This document shows, in pieces, positions 1-12,849 of a DNA stretch of 64,000 nt. How positions within the stretch are numbered: position 1 is the first letter of the stretch; every line of letters begins with the position of its first letter. The DNA is taken from the NCBI GenBank assembly GCA_965649765.1, contig OZ287753.1, positions 65,100,001 through 65,164,000 on the forward strand, read 5' to 3'. The stretch is from Bispira polyomma. Taxonomy: Eukaryota. The position numbers and the translations under genes were made by a program. Below the pieces are notes generated by a model. The model was given only the letters and a program-made list of their open reading frames with translations, ran no database searches and had not been told where the DNA came from.

Positions 1-1867
1 GGCATCAGTAGGGTATGGTTACACAAGGGCACAAGTGATATCTAAGGGAAGTATGGTATGAGCATTAAGAAAATTGCTAAACCTTTATCAAGAAAGTGGT
101 TTTATGGTTTGATGAGTAGGTGGCCTTCTCTTAAAGTTTCTAAACCAAGTGGCTTTAGTATAGCTCGCGCAAAGAGTGTTAGTCCTCAGGTTATCTCAAT
201 GATTTAGAAGCAATTATGACCAAATATGATTTGTATGATGCTCCAGAGAACATCTATAACATAGATGAAAAGGGTATATCTGCCGAACATACACCGCCAT
301 ATGTCGTCTCAGGTTATGAATTTGGAACCCCCCAAGCAGTTACATCTGCACGCCTTAGTGTAACTGTTATTGGATGTGGAAATGCCATTGGAACAGCTTT
401 ACCTCCATACTTCGTATTTCCAGGACAGCGTATGAGGTTAATATAACATATATATCCTAATCACATCTTTGCATTATAGAAAAGATAAATATCTAACTGT
501 ACGGTTATTGATATCTTCCTAACCATGTTATATATAATCTTTTTTGTACTATAGCTTGTGGGTATCATATCTATTTCAAAAGAGTATTCAGACTGACCAC
601 ATAAATCTTTTTCTATCAGTTTTAAATTTTTTGGTACCTCAATAAAGACAGTGCAATGTTCAAAATATTTACATTACAGGTCTGAATTTCTGCAAGATGT
701 AACTCCAGGTGCAACGGGCACAGTCTCCAAAAGTGGCTGGTCAAACACTGAAATGTTTAAACAATATCTGTCAGAACATTTTATCAAATATGCTCAAAAT
801 GGATCTGGTCATAAACTGATATTATATGATGACCATTGTAGTCATGTTCACCCAGATATTATAGAATGGGCCAAAGAGAATAATATTGTTTTGTTTGTAC
901 TCCCTCCCCATACTAGCCAGGTTTTACAGCCTCTGGATGTGGGCTGTTTTGGCCCATTGGAAAAGGCATATTCATATGAAGTACAGAAGTACATGAAGGA
1001 AAACATTGGTAATAGTGTGACAAAGTATGACATAGCTTCCCTTGTATGTAAACCCTACAGGGTTGCACTGAATTCTTCCAACCTTTGTGCTTCTTTCAAA
1101 AAGTCAGGTATATACCCTTTCAACCCTAAAGCTTTTGATCAAAACAAAATCATTCCTCATGTTGTATTTCAGTCAGACAAGCAAACTATTTACCCTACTG
1201 AAAGCACTAGTGTAGAGACCACTGACTTTCCAGACACCCACATAGACAATTTTATTTCAGATATCGAGACAGGTGTTTCTGCCAATGTTCAAAGTAAGAA
1301 ACCCAGGAATACCTTGAGTAGGGTGTCATCTGGAAAACCTATCACTGAGGATAATATTTCAAGAGCCATTGTCAATCACATTGAAGGTCAAAAAAGAAAG
1401 ATGTTTAAACACCATACAAAACCAATTTGGATAGTACCCCAAAATCAAGCACAAGCAGTAAAACACCATCCAAAATCAAAAATAGCCTAGGTTGTACCCC
1501 AAAACAAAGCACAAGCTCCACTTCAAAAACACCCAAAAAGCGTCAATGTACAATTTCACAAGTTTCAAATGTTCATACTTTCCCTCAAGCAGGCCCTTCT
1601 CATTTTGTCATAGATTCACCAAATTTTGAAGATAACAATTCTGACAACGATCTAATGCATGATGACGAACTTTGCTGTGTTTGTGACCTATTTTCTCCAG
1701 CAGATCTACACAAGATAACATCTTTCGTTATAGTTGATTGGGCGCAATGTGACAGGTGTAATCACTGGACACATTTAAAATTTTGTTCTAAAATTGTTAG
1801 TTGTGGTCAAAATCAAACATTCTTGTATCCTCACTGTGCTCCAGACACAGCTGTAGAGGAAGAGTAA
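1..1867 (+). mobile_element. pogo-superfamily (DDE_1, DD35D) DNA transposase with CENP-B-type HTH, one spliceosomal intron (437-679) and a C-terminal PHD finger; frameshifted, 5' end outside the window
   Basis: Translation gives ..LSRKWFYGLMSRWPSLK.. (HTH), IYNIDEKG, LILYDDHCSH and LQPLDVGCFGPL, with 35 residues between the 2nd and 3rd Asp. The GT(437)..AG(679) phase-2 intron joins FPGQRM-R-SEFL in frame. Frameshifts lie near 200 and near 1408. The C-terminal CCVC..WAQCDRCNHWTH..C..YPHC is a PHD pattern with one Cys lost. Confidence 0.85.
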
Positions 1868-2859
1868 ACTTTGATGATTGATTGAGAATAAACAATCTAA
1901 ATGTTAGTGAGAATAAACAATGAAAATGTTAATTTCTATCACATGTAAACTTTGTGTAACAGACAATCTAAATATTAAATTTTATTCTATGTGTGAAATT
2001 TAAATATGTATCTACTTTGTGTTCACCATAGCAATATTTAAGTTTCAAATATCTTGAAAATATGAACTGCCATGTTTGTATTAAACTATCGATTGAAACC
2101 CCAATAAATACACATGGTATACAGAGTATTTATTTATCATTTTTTGTTTTACAGTACAGAATGTTTTCTGGTATTAAAATACCTTTGTTCAATGATTCTC
2201 ACATTGAGACAATCGGTTTGTCAATTTCTGATAATATATTCTTTAAATTTTGAAAGAGGCACTTTTTTGTACATGTTAGAACCCCTCCTTATAACCACAG
2301 GAAGTATCACAAATGGGATGTAAACAAATCTCGAAAATGGGTGTCAAGGTCGCAAGTTTTTACCGCGGAAAACAGATTTAGTATTTGCTTATTTTCTGTT
2401 TAAATAAACACCACATTTGGAACATATTTTGATGGATATATAGCAGAATATATGAAGACCTGAAGCAAACAAGTTTTTGTACGTATTTTGAAGTGTAGCG
2501 GTTAGCAGGTAAGGCTTTTTCACTAATTTCTCGAAAAACGGTGACGCGAGGATAACAGAACATGAAGTACTAAATGAGTTCAAGTGACTATGGTATTAGT
2601 TTTAAATGCTCAAACATTTAAAATGCTTTAAGTATAACAAATTCAAAACTTCTGTCTAACTTGGAAGATAAAAAAAATTGAAGGGGTCATTTTTAAGTGT
2701 GAAAACCATTTTTAAAACTGCCACAGTGTCCTTAAATGAGGCCAGAGGAAGTGTTTTCAGCTCTTATATAAAAGAGCTCTAAAACTACCTTATGTGTTCC
2801 AATTTTGACGCTTCTGTTACCAAGTCAAACAGTTTAGCCCAATATTGCCTTAAGCTACT

Positions 2860-3700
2860 GGAGTATAAAACTTTTTTTCAAAAGTCACTGTTATCCGATG
2901 CTCCACTGCCAATTTTGTCTAAATAAAGTGATGAAATTTAAAAAGCTTTTAGTCTAACGCCACTGTAAACATCCCGTGGGACAAAACCTATAATGAGTTT
3001 ACTTGGAACCTCTCCATAAAAGGTACTATCATCACTCCACACCATATTGTCTCTATTATAAAATGGTGAAGGTTTTGAATTCACTTTGCCAGTGAGGGTA
3101 TAATGCCTGACAGATTTCAACGCTTTGGCATGAGCTAGGATGACCTTGGGATTTAATTTTACCTGACAAACCTCCAATGCAGCATTAGCAATTTCTACCT
3201 TATAATCTTTGAATCTTTGTCATAATTCCCAGACATTATTCTCAACCTATCCGTGCTAGTATCTAATTTTACAGTGACCTGGATACCATTTGGTGAGTCT
3301 CTCTCTTGGTCGGCTGTATCTCCATGTAAGGGACAAAACAAATACACCTCACTGCTGTTTGCACACCTGTCTCTTCCACTACCATAACTTGTATTGTTAT
3401 CTCCAGTTGTATCATCATGATATGGCATTGGCCACCTACTAAACTATTAGGTAACTACACACCCAGTGAACATTTATGGGGATAATAAATTCAAACACCT
3501 GGGGAAATGTTGATTGGCTATAGACATTAATGTGCTTGATAGAAGGGTGAATGAGAGAAGCGAAATTGTATGGGAGCAACTCTAGTAGTTGCAGGTAAGA
3601 CAGTCCCAACACTATTTACACTCTCCACTGTTTGCTTCTTTTTCAAATCTGTGTAATCCTCCCCATCACCTGCGAAATTAATTTCATTTACACTACCGCT
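2860..3700 (-). mobile_element. Decayed Polinton/Maverick (adintovirus-like) major capsid protein gene
   Basis: Minus-strand fragments occur in the expected order: FAGDGEDYTDLKK, LFCPLHGDTADQER..PNGIQVTVKL, VCQVKLNPKVILAHAKAL, FYGEVPSKLIIGFV..DVYSG and NFHHF. These match remembered Polinton double-jelly-roll capsid motifs. Many frameshifts and stops. Confidence 0.75.
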
Positions 3701-3739
3701 TTTAATCTAAACCGTAGGTATGTATTCCACCCGGTCAGT

Positions 3740-4173
3740 AGGCATATTTCGCAGACAAAAATCCATTAAATCTGTGCAATCTGGATTATGATCTGGTTCC
3801 GTTGGGTTTGCTAGTTTTGTGAAATGCAAAAAGTTGATTTTTAGATTCAAAATGTCTACCAATGATATCAATTTTAGTATTACATATTTAACATAGAGTA
3901 CTCCCTCAAGTTCATTTGATAATATTCAAGTTCATTTGCTGTTCTGAGTGTATATTTTGTATATATGAGTATATGGAACTTTTGATCCCAACTTTTGTGT
4001 GACTTTCTCTCCATTTTTGAAAGAAATTTTGAGTAATCCATTCGATCTGAATCCGCTGAACTACCTTATGAGGAAGATTAACAGATCACTGAACTGGTTC
4101 ACTATTTGGTGCATTTCACAACCGAATCCGTTGACCTATGAATCTCAACGAATTGTGTCTGTGAAATACGCCT
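3740..4173. mobile_element. MITE inserted in the Polinton remnant
   Basis: TIRs AGGCATATTTCGCAGACA / TGTCTGTGAAATACGCCT, flanked by AGT on both sides (3-bp TSD). Confidence 0.7.
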
Positions 4174-4479
4174 AGTATGTTGTACCGATGGATCTGTCAT
4201 GGTAATTTTATTTTTGACTTTGACTTTGCTATATCAACCTGCTGCTCCATCGGTGAAGAGAACTGTTACAAAGTCATTCACCCCACCTTTCGGCTCCCCT
4301 ATATTATATAGGTTTTTATCCATTGATCATTTTCCATCTCATACTTTTACACACTTTATTCCGATTAACAATTGTTGTTTTCTTTTTCTAGCAATAAAAC
4401 CATGAAAGGATTGATTTTGGTTTCTAATTTGTTCAATTTTTGTAAGTTATACATACATTAATTCTGTCCATATTAGCGA

Positions 4480-4760
4480 TCTAGTCACCCTTTTACAGTA
4501 GATTTAATTGTAATGCTCTTGTTTATTTATCACTCCTAAAATAGGTTTACAATAATCTTCAATCGAACTTTTATCAACAATATCGCAGTATAACATATAA
4601 ATCCTGAGTGACTTCATTGCAATAATTAATTTCTGCCAAGTCACATTCCTATTGTCCCTCAGGCTCTTTATCCTAGGTTATGCGAATAATAAATTCCCAG
4701 GTATGATTTATAAGGGTGAAAATTTTAGGAATCTGTGAAATGAAGACACAGGTATGAGTG
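4480..4760 (-). mobile_element. Decayed Polinton minor capsid (penton-like) gene fragment
   Basis: Minus-strand translation across frameshifts gives EGQ*ECDLAEINY..DLYV/YCDIVDKSSIEDYCKPILGVI. This resembles the GxWExALxEI..YVYCDIV..PILR pattern and lies upstream of the major capsid remnant on the same strand. Confidence 0.55.
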
Positions 4761-4835
4761 TTAATTTTCTGTCTACTATTTCCATCTTAGGATTAATTCC
4801 AACTTAAGGCACACTCTCATTGAGACGTGCGACCA

Positions 4836-5250
4836 TGTTACCCTTTGTTGTGGTAGGTTACGCCACGAACAAACTCTTGCGCTATGTGTATCCCCTTCCC
4901 TAACTTCTCAAAAATCCAGTCTCATTTACATATTAGTTCATGAGCAACTGTAAGGTGAGTTTGCAACAAAACTGTGAGCCGTACCTTCACTAACACCCAC
5001 TAATGACAAACGAAGACATAATAGACAATAACCATTCACACCTGTGCCCGTGTGGCCCTTTGTTGCTGCAGGTTACCCACGAACGAATCCTTACGGCGTG
5101 TGTATTGCCCGCTCCCCCCCCACCCTCCTTCGCCCCAAACCCCCGAAAATCTAGTCTCATTCAGATGTAGAGTTGAAGTGACCTGTACCTTCACTAACAC
5201 CCACTAATGAAAAACAAAGACATAACAGACAATAACCAACACCCACTAAT
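4836..5250. repeat. Degenerate two-copy tandem duplication (~210 bp)
   Basis: CCCTTTGTTG..GGTTAC..CACGAAC and GTACCTTCACTAACACCCACTAATGA..AAGACATAA.AGACAATAACC each occur twice, about 210 bp apart. Confidence 0.7.
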
Positions 5251-5725
5251 ACATCACTAACTGCAATGGACGTTCCCTAACTGAAACTAACGCAAAACGA
5301 GCCAGGACAAGCAGAGCCAACACAAACTGCTGCTGACGAGAAATGATCCAAAACAAATCAGTACGTATACCCCTCTGCCCAGTTCAAAACTTTTTTTGAC
5401 GACGAGACCAATGCGTACGGATTTGAACAAATATTTCCGAAGTGCTCCTAATGTAGACAAATCTGAAAGAAGGTTGAAACCTACTGCCACAGATTGCTAT
5501 GAAGACACTCGTGGCATGTTCATGACAGCCAAGTGTCCAAACGAGAGGCTGTCAAATTTTAGGAAATATTCCACCTTATTACCCACCTTACTAAATATTC
5601 TCTTTTTTTTTCCCACCTCTGGTTCGTCATCAGCCTTTATATAGAGAGGACCGCTGCAAAACAATATATATATGTATATCCTTAGAGCCAAGTCATCAGT
5701 TCTTACATAGAGAATACCACTGCAA

Positions 5726-5729
<4 letters not shown>

Positions 5730-5765
<36 letters not shown>
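5730..5765. repeat. (TA)n microsatellite ~50 bp upstream of the Cys-rich gene start codon
   Basis: Direct TA run followed by TATAAA-like sequence. Confidence 0.9.
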
Positions 5766-5814
5766 AAGAGAGATATAAATCTTTACACGAACTAGTAAGA
5801 AGTTAAAGAGTGAA

Positions 5815-7380
5815 ATGGCTGTGTGGATAATCTTTGTGTCTCTTTTGGGTAGGTTTTTCTACTAGTAATATACTAAATAGGTTAAGTAGCTGTTGGTAAT
5901 TAAAAATAAGCTACATATTATGTTTGCTTTTGTGGCCTTTTCCCTGATAAATAATTTGTGTATCACCTGATTATACTGATGTGTATAAAGATCGACCATT
6001 GGTGTGGCTATGAAAAAAAATATGAATAAATTGTTCAAGTGACTAAACAGCTGTTTTTCAGTTTTCTAATAATAAGGTCTAAATATTTTTGATATATGTA
6101 GGTAATGGTTCAAGGGCAAAACACATTAGTTATGCAACAAATGCACACAAAACAATGAAAACAAAACAAAATTTTATATTCTTTTCAGAACAAACTTATT
6201 CATTCTGAAAGAAAATGACTGGTAGGTAATGGTCATTAATACACATATCCTAAATATGATACAATATTTGAGTACTTGTCTTGTGACTGATACTAAGCTA
6301 TCAGATTCTATACTCACTTGGTGATCAAACACTGCTTCAGTGGAAATATTAACTATGAGTCATTATTAGCTATTCTAAAATGGTAGCCTGCACAACGCCC
6401 GTTGTGTAATGTTTTAAAACACACAGTAATAACTGATAGGTTGTTTGCGTTCTTCTATTTCTCCTTTGACGCTCTTCCAAATTTAAAATTAAATATCGCA
6501 GTCATTACTCAATAGATTTTAATGCAACAAAAAGCACAGTAATCCTAATAAAATATACTTTGTTCATCATATTGTACTAAAATATTGATCTCAAGTTTTT
6601 TTTAATAAATTAAAGATCATTTTTTTTTTTTGGTATCTTTACATGGCTTTTTGTTTTACAAACTCAGTCATGTATGTTCATATGATGGAACAGCTAAAAC
6701 ATGGAACCGTCTAAGTAGTAGTAACACGTTTTAAGTTATCATGGTGTCATTTTAAAACAAAATAATGATTTATCATTTTAAAAAATATATTAACAAGCAC
6801 TTTGCAAAGTCAGTTAAAGGTAAATAGACACACCAAGTATAAATTTTCATACCCATATGTCCATTCCACAGTACTATAGTAGTGTGTAGTGTTCATACCA
6901 TTTACTGTATAGAACATAGTTGAGATATAGCCTGTATGACCTGCTTGTGTGTTTTCTATCTTTCCAGTCGGTACAGTCTTGTGCCAGCATCCTCCAGTAT
7001 GTGAATTTCCAGGTGATTGTAGCTGCCAGGAGTGTAACAAATGCTCCTGTGAGGAGGCAGGGAGTACAGACTGGACATGTGACGGATGGCTTTGTTTGGT
7101 AGACTGCGAAATCTGGAACACCGAAAGAAACCTAACACAGCCTCACAACCCCACCTGTGAGTGTACTTGTGACAAGTGGGTGGATGAGCATCAAGAAGTG
7201 TTGTGTGTTCCTGGCTTCTGCGAATGTGAGGAGTGCAATATCTGTCTTTGTGAAATAATAGACAAGAAAAATATTTGGTCCTGTACCGAATATGATTGTC
7301 CTGAATTGGACCCGGATCGGAATTGTAGGTGGGTGGAGACAGACTGCGACTGTAAACAGTGGTGCTACCAAGATCCTTGA
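5815..7380 (+). CDS. Secreted cysteine-rich protein (~148 aa) with two 12-Cys pacifastin/VWC-like repeats; exons 5815-5848 and 6968-7380
   Basis: Exon 1 is ATG..TTG G|GTAGGT and the acceptor is tttctatctttccag|TC. The phase-1 join yields signal peptide MAVWIIFVSLLVGTVLC then QHPPVC... The frame is intact, with 24 Cys in the mature part and C..PG.C.C.ECN.C.C...W.C....C repeated twice. Confidence 0.8.
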
Positions 7381-9009
7381 AACTCTCTTAGCAGCACGTG
7401 TTTGGAAAGTGAAGATATTTTTTCAAAAATAGTATTTAGAAGGTTCATCAAAATAGAAAAAGGTATTTTAGTATTATAATAAAATAATGGACAACAATAC
7501 ATTTGGGACAGTGACAGGTCTACGAGTTTATAAAATTCAATACTTGGATGAATTAAAGTTTCTATAATAGAGGTTCTGAGGTTATTATAAGTTGTACATG
7601 TACAAGACATTTAACAATGGTTGTTTTTGTAAAAATGAATAGCAAGTAAGTATGTTTGTGTATGGAGAAGCCTCCTTTTTTTTTAAAAAAAAGGTAAATA
7701 TATATTTTTATGTGTGTGGTCCTTTAAAACGTTTTTTACTGAAATCTATCCTATGTGATCAATTTATCGTTCCTGTTTAATATAATATGGTCTTGTCAGA
7801 TAAAACGTAATAAGAGAAGTCAAATAAAACCAAATAAATAAAAAATCAAATTTAAAAACATGAAAAATCAAAGTATTTATGGACGGTCTTAATGTATTTA
7901 AGCTTTTTTATACAACAACAAACTTAGTTTAATATAATGTTGTTTTGGTTTACTTTTAAAGAATAATAAATTTGTTGATAGCTTACAAAATTTGCCTTCT
8001 TCCTAATGCAAGAGCTTCTAGATGACCATTAATAACCAAAATACACGAGGTACACGTTGATACATAGTCTGTGGCTCGGATGACCACTTTAAAGGGAGGT
8101 ACTCAAGTCACTAAGATAAGTTAAGTCCAGATACAACATTAGAATGGGACCAAGCTTTAGGAATAACCTTCTCTGTGGATCAGGAAGCAATACCTCAATT
8201 AAACTATGCCCTTATAACAATATAGATATGATATTAGTACCTGAGGATCATATTGCAGTAATTGAAACCACTTTGTGATGAAATGTTCTTATCTATTTCT
8301 AATATAAATGCCACCACAAAGTTAGCCCTTAACAAATATGTTCTACGAATAAATTTGGGACAAAAAGCCAAATAAAATAAACAGAGGGAAAACTTGTGAA
8401 AAAACGAAGTCTTTTAGTCCTAACCTAGTGGTGGGCTAAAGAACTTTGGGAATGTTCATCAACTTGTAGTAATGAACTTGTATAATATTTGTTGTCATTA
8501 ATCTTATTAATCCACAGTCTGACTCTATACCATTTCTCGAATAATGTAAGTCTGATGTAAAAGAAGTGAAGATATTGTTTGGGCTTTTGGTCATTTTCAC
8601 TAACTGTGTAGTATATTGTACTGGAGAGATTAAGCAAAAACATTGTTGTCAGCCATAACTTCTATTAGCTGCCACCGCTAGCCGTCAGCAAGTCTATTGC
8701 CAATTTTGCCACATATAAATTCCACGGCTGAGGTTCGAACCCACAATTGCAGAGGTGCGAAGCAACATGGGTTCCTCTATACTATACTGGTGACGATCTG
8801 GATTAATTATTTATGCACAATTCACTGTGTGGTATGCTAAAACTTTTTTTTCATAATTATAAGCAACAAAAGAAATACCTCAGGAGAGCAAAGATAGTCA
8901 ACTCCCCATCAAGGTTTAGTAGCTAAAACTTTGAGGTGATCACCTTCTACCGGAGGCCAAGTAGGATAAATCTTATAAAATCTGCCTAAACAGCCTAATG
9001 TACATTATG

Positions 9010-10450
9010 TATATCAAATGCATGGGGAATGACCTTTTAAGTAACTAAATTTTATGGACTATATACATCAGTTATTATTTTGTGAACCCTTCAAAAGCCA
9101 TTTAAGCACACCTCCCTGGGAGATTTCAAATAAACTTACCAGACCACAAGGCCATTTTGAATGCACCTGCCAGTGTTTCAAGCAATCTTACAGTGTGCAG
9201 TATGAATTTCATGCATACAAATTTGGCAGTCTTTAATCAGGAAAACATATCTATCACCTTTATGTTAGAATACCATTTAAGTAATCAGCTAAAATATCAA
9301 AAGAGTCGGCCTTGTGGTTTTTTTTACAAAACAAGACCAGGGAGTGTTGTGTCAAGTATGTTACTTGGGTCTCTTGTTCACCTATTTATCACCAGGGTAT
9401 TCCAGAACTAGTTTAAATTCTAAACCTATTGGTCACATTTCTGTTAGTGACTTATAACAAGTGACCTGTAAGCCCAGTAGGTCTACATGTAGACTGACTA
9501 ATCTGTCCCATTTGGCGAGATTCCTTGCTGTAATTTCGATGACAGAATCACGAAAAGGGACAGTGCAGCTACCATAAGCAAAACGTTGTAAATTTAGTCT
9601 GACGTAAATGGCCAACAGTGTTGTGGCAATGTTTGTGGTTTAGTTTTTATTTTATATTAATTGATATGTACCCTGAGTCCCATCAATATAAGACTTAGTT
9701 CCCCTTCTAAAACTGACAACATATTTATTTAAAACGCCTTTAAATCAAAAATCTTATATTAGCAAATCGAAACCCACAGGATATATCAAAAGTAGACCAT
9801 GGAAAAAATAGTTTGTCAGAATAACAATAAAGGGGCAAATATACTTGTCCGAATTTGCTTCCGAATACGTCATCCGACGTCTGTTTCCATCATCCAAAAT
9901 GCTATATGTATGTTTTGATAAATTGGCTCCCGAATCTGAGGTGACGTCAGCCAGGTGTATTCTACTACTCTATTTCTTGATATATATATATATTTTTTTT
10001 AATGAGGGAAACGGACGTCGGATCACGGATTCGGATGCAAAATCCAACAGGTGTATTCGTTTCTTGATTCTGGTACAATTCTGTATGTGCTTTGGTTCGT
10101 CACTATATTATAAAAGTGCAGTTACACTACTCTTTTAAGTGGAACCTCATGGGACCAGGGAAAAAACACCTATATTGCTTAAATAGGATTATCAGCTATT
10201 ATGATACACATATTATTTAAAAGCCCCAACCACGAGCTGCCGAAGACCATCTACAATGTAATTATACTATAGCCTAGAACATTCAAGACTGCATGCGACC
10301 AAATACCTAGGTCCAACTAATTTTTAGTGGCAGTCACACAGTAATTTCGGTTGCTGATTATCGTACGACCAATCTTAAGATCTTCCGAAGACCAATCTGG
10401 GAATATAGACAACCATTTCAGATTTGTAAGGATTGATCTTACAAATGTCT
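9010..10450 (+). repeat. Copy A of a local ~1.2-kb direct duplication or dispersed repeat (copy B at 14660-16866)
   Basis: Long colinear matches with copy B, e.g. CATTTAAGCACACCTCCCTGGGAGATTTCAAATA, TCAAGTATGTTACTTGGGTCTCTTGTT and CAATGTAATTATACTATAGCCTAGAA. Confidence 0.85.
9831..10064. mobile_element. PIF/Harbinger-like MITE
   Basis: Imperfect TIRs of ~50 bp (AGGGGCAAATATACTTGTCCGAATTTGCTTCCGAAT.. / ..ATTCGGATGCAAAATCCAACAGGTGTATTCGTTTCT), flanked by TAA/TGA. Absent from copy B, which reads AACAATGATCC at ~15481. Confidence 0.8.
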
Positions 10451-10841
10451 TACGGATATAACATAACCAAAGACAGGTCCAAGTCATGTACTAAATGTTT
10501 AATATCTTGTCCTGTTTGTGGTGAATAAATGACTATATTTATAATTTTTCTGGGTTTTTCCTTAAAATCTCACTGCTTTCTTGGATTCTACCTTCTTCCT
10601 TCGAATCAAAGTTCTTTTTCAATCTTATTCTTCTTTACCTTACTTCTTCCTTGATTAAGTCACAGTTATTCCTTATGTCCCGGGTGTTCATTTTCACCGG
10701 TCACCTTCCTTCTGTAAAATTTTCCTTAACATAAATTTTTGCAAAGAGATAATTGATTGTTGTCAGGTTGTCATGCTGTGTCTGCTGCTGTGGCTGTTTC
10801 TCATATTGCAATGATTAAAACTATTTTGTTATCAACTTTTA

Positions 10842-11050
10842 GGGGCCGCGGTGGTCTAGTGGTTAGCAAGCATTGCGCTTCACAATCACTGGTCTCTCAC
10901 CTCTGGGCGGTGTGAGTTCGAATCCTGTCGATGCCTGTGTGGGAAAGGTGGTAGTTCCTTACTGTGGGCCGCTGGTTTCAGTGCAGAACCTTGACCAACT
11001 GTATGCAGTGTTTCCTCCAGCGTTTCCAACTACCCGTCCCAATATAACCC
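10842..11050 (+). mobile_element. tRNA-derived SINE (family 1)
   Basis: A box GGTGGTCTAGTGGTTAG and B box GAGTTCGAATCC. Near-identical copies at 20043-20400; diverged relatives near 22750, 23720 and 25600-25700. Confidence 0.85.
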
Positions 11051-11949
11051 AGTGATGGGCTAAAGAACTTTGGGAATGTGCATCTACTAGTAGTAATAGA
11101 CTTGTATATGTTGTTGGGGTTTTTTATGTTGGATTTTCCTTCCTCAATGTATCTTTTTTGGTGGCCGTCTATTATAGTTTTTGTGGTAGCAACTAAAAAG
11201 GCATTATTTCTAGTACTATTTTAATAGTCTATAAACAATAAACACCAACACTTATAATTATGTACACTGAAAACACACACAAAATTCAATATCTATTTAT
11301 ACAGTCTCCTTACTATTAAGCTATAAACAAGCTATAAATAACTCTGCAACAAAACGGTCTCCCACTTCTAACTCTAACTCTGTATTTATCGATCTCAGCT
11401 AACTAATTAATTTGTCTCTATCTATCTCACTTTCTGACTATCTCTGACTATCTTTCCTGTATAGAACTAACTATCACCCACAGCTAAAGCTGCCCCCTTA
11501 TATACAGAATTTAGCCTGGCAGTTTAGCCTGCATCGATTATTTTCAAAATACCAAGGCAGCTGTTTTTAAAATAAGCATACAAGTTTTATAATTGGTAAT
11601 AAATACAACAGCAGCACATTAAATACAACTGAACAATTGATGCATACTGACAACAGTTCCAGCTACCCACTGTCTTATGTAACCTTAACTTGGTAAACAG
11701 CCTGGAAAACAGCCTGGGGAAAACAGCCCGGGAAAACAGTCCGGCAATGTCGTGGAGCCCAGAGATTGACCTTCTGGGCCAGCTGTAACTATAGTTAGCA
11801 TAGTGACCTCAAATGCAGACATTCTGAGAGGTTTATTGTTCCCACTGTTCAAGACTATTTAATTTCAGTACAAAGCCTCTGTGGCTTTTGTTTTTCACCA
11901 TGACTTCTCTTTGGCATTTGATGGCCCTTTTATTGGTTGTTTATTTTCT

Positions 11950-12840
11950 TTGGAATTCTTGACCTGGTTTTGAACTTTTGAACTTTTCAGCTGGGTCCCT
12001 TGTTACGTTTCCTGTGTAAAGTTTGGTATAATCTTTGCAACACTGGCCTTATTATTTGTTTTTGCACTATTTTTAAACTTAGTTACCATTTTTGGCACAG
12101 TTTCACTGGCGTAAGGTTTTAACCTGTCAAAATGTAGAACCTTGGACTTGCTATTGACACTTGTTTTTTTTCAGTAAGGATACCACTTAGTTTTTTTAAC
12201 AACAACACATAGACAAGTTCATCTACTTTATATGTTTTTATACTAAATCTTAGATCACAGTCTTTCTTGTAATCTGTACCAATAAAACTGTTTCTTTACT
12301 TTAGTAGTTGTCTTTGTCACACCCAAATGTACTGTAGGTCAGGATCTTTACCCTGTAATTTCGTCAAGTAGTTTTTTGAGTACTGACTCAACCAAAAAGC
12401 TCCCATTGCTGATATCTCCATCTGCTTGCCACTGCTTTCATTACTTTTGTCACCACTATTGTTGTCTTGACCTTTAAACTGATCTGAAATGAAACTGCTT
12501 AGGCCATGCTCACTCAGTGTGCCTTCTGAAGGCATGATTCACCACCTAGCTTTTGTCTAAGCCAGTGACATTTGGTTACCGTGGAACTTAACAACCCAGT
12601 ACAGGCTACAGACCATCTCCATTACATCATGATCCACAAAACTATTAACAACATAACTTTACAAACTACAATGCCTCCAAATTGGTTAAGGGCAGGACAT
12701 GTTAGATCCTTGGTATAAACCCTTTCTCTCATTAGAGGCACAACATCTACTTCCCAAAAACATGACCACTGCTCGTGCTTCTTCTGCCAGACATCACAAC
12801 CTCCACAAGGTAAAACAGAATGAACTACAATGCCTACATT
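11950..12840 (-). mobile_element. Decayed Gypsy LTR-retrotransposon pol fragments
   Basis: Minus strand reads CGGCDVWQKKHEQW..EVDVVPL, WLSQYS...LQGKDPDL and the integrase C-terminal motif KVLHFDRLKPY (~12110-12143). Confidence 0.7.
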
Positions 12841-12849
12841 CAACTTTAC

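Noticed and set aside
10842-10930. tRNA-like sequence with A and B boxes
   Set aside because: It continues into a shared body found in other copies and lacks a proper acceptor stem; it is a SINE head, not a tRNA gene.
11230-11760. Possible LTR of the Gypsy remnant
   Set aside because: It has TATA-like and low-complexity features, but no second LTR, clear TG..CA ends or TSD could be identified.
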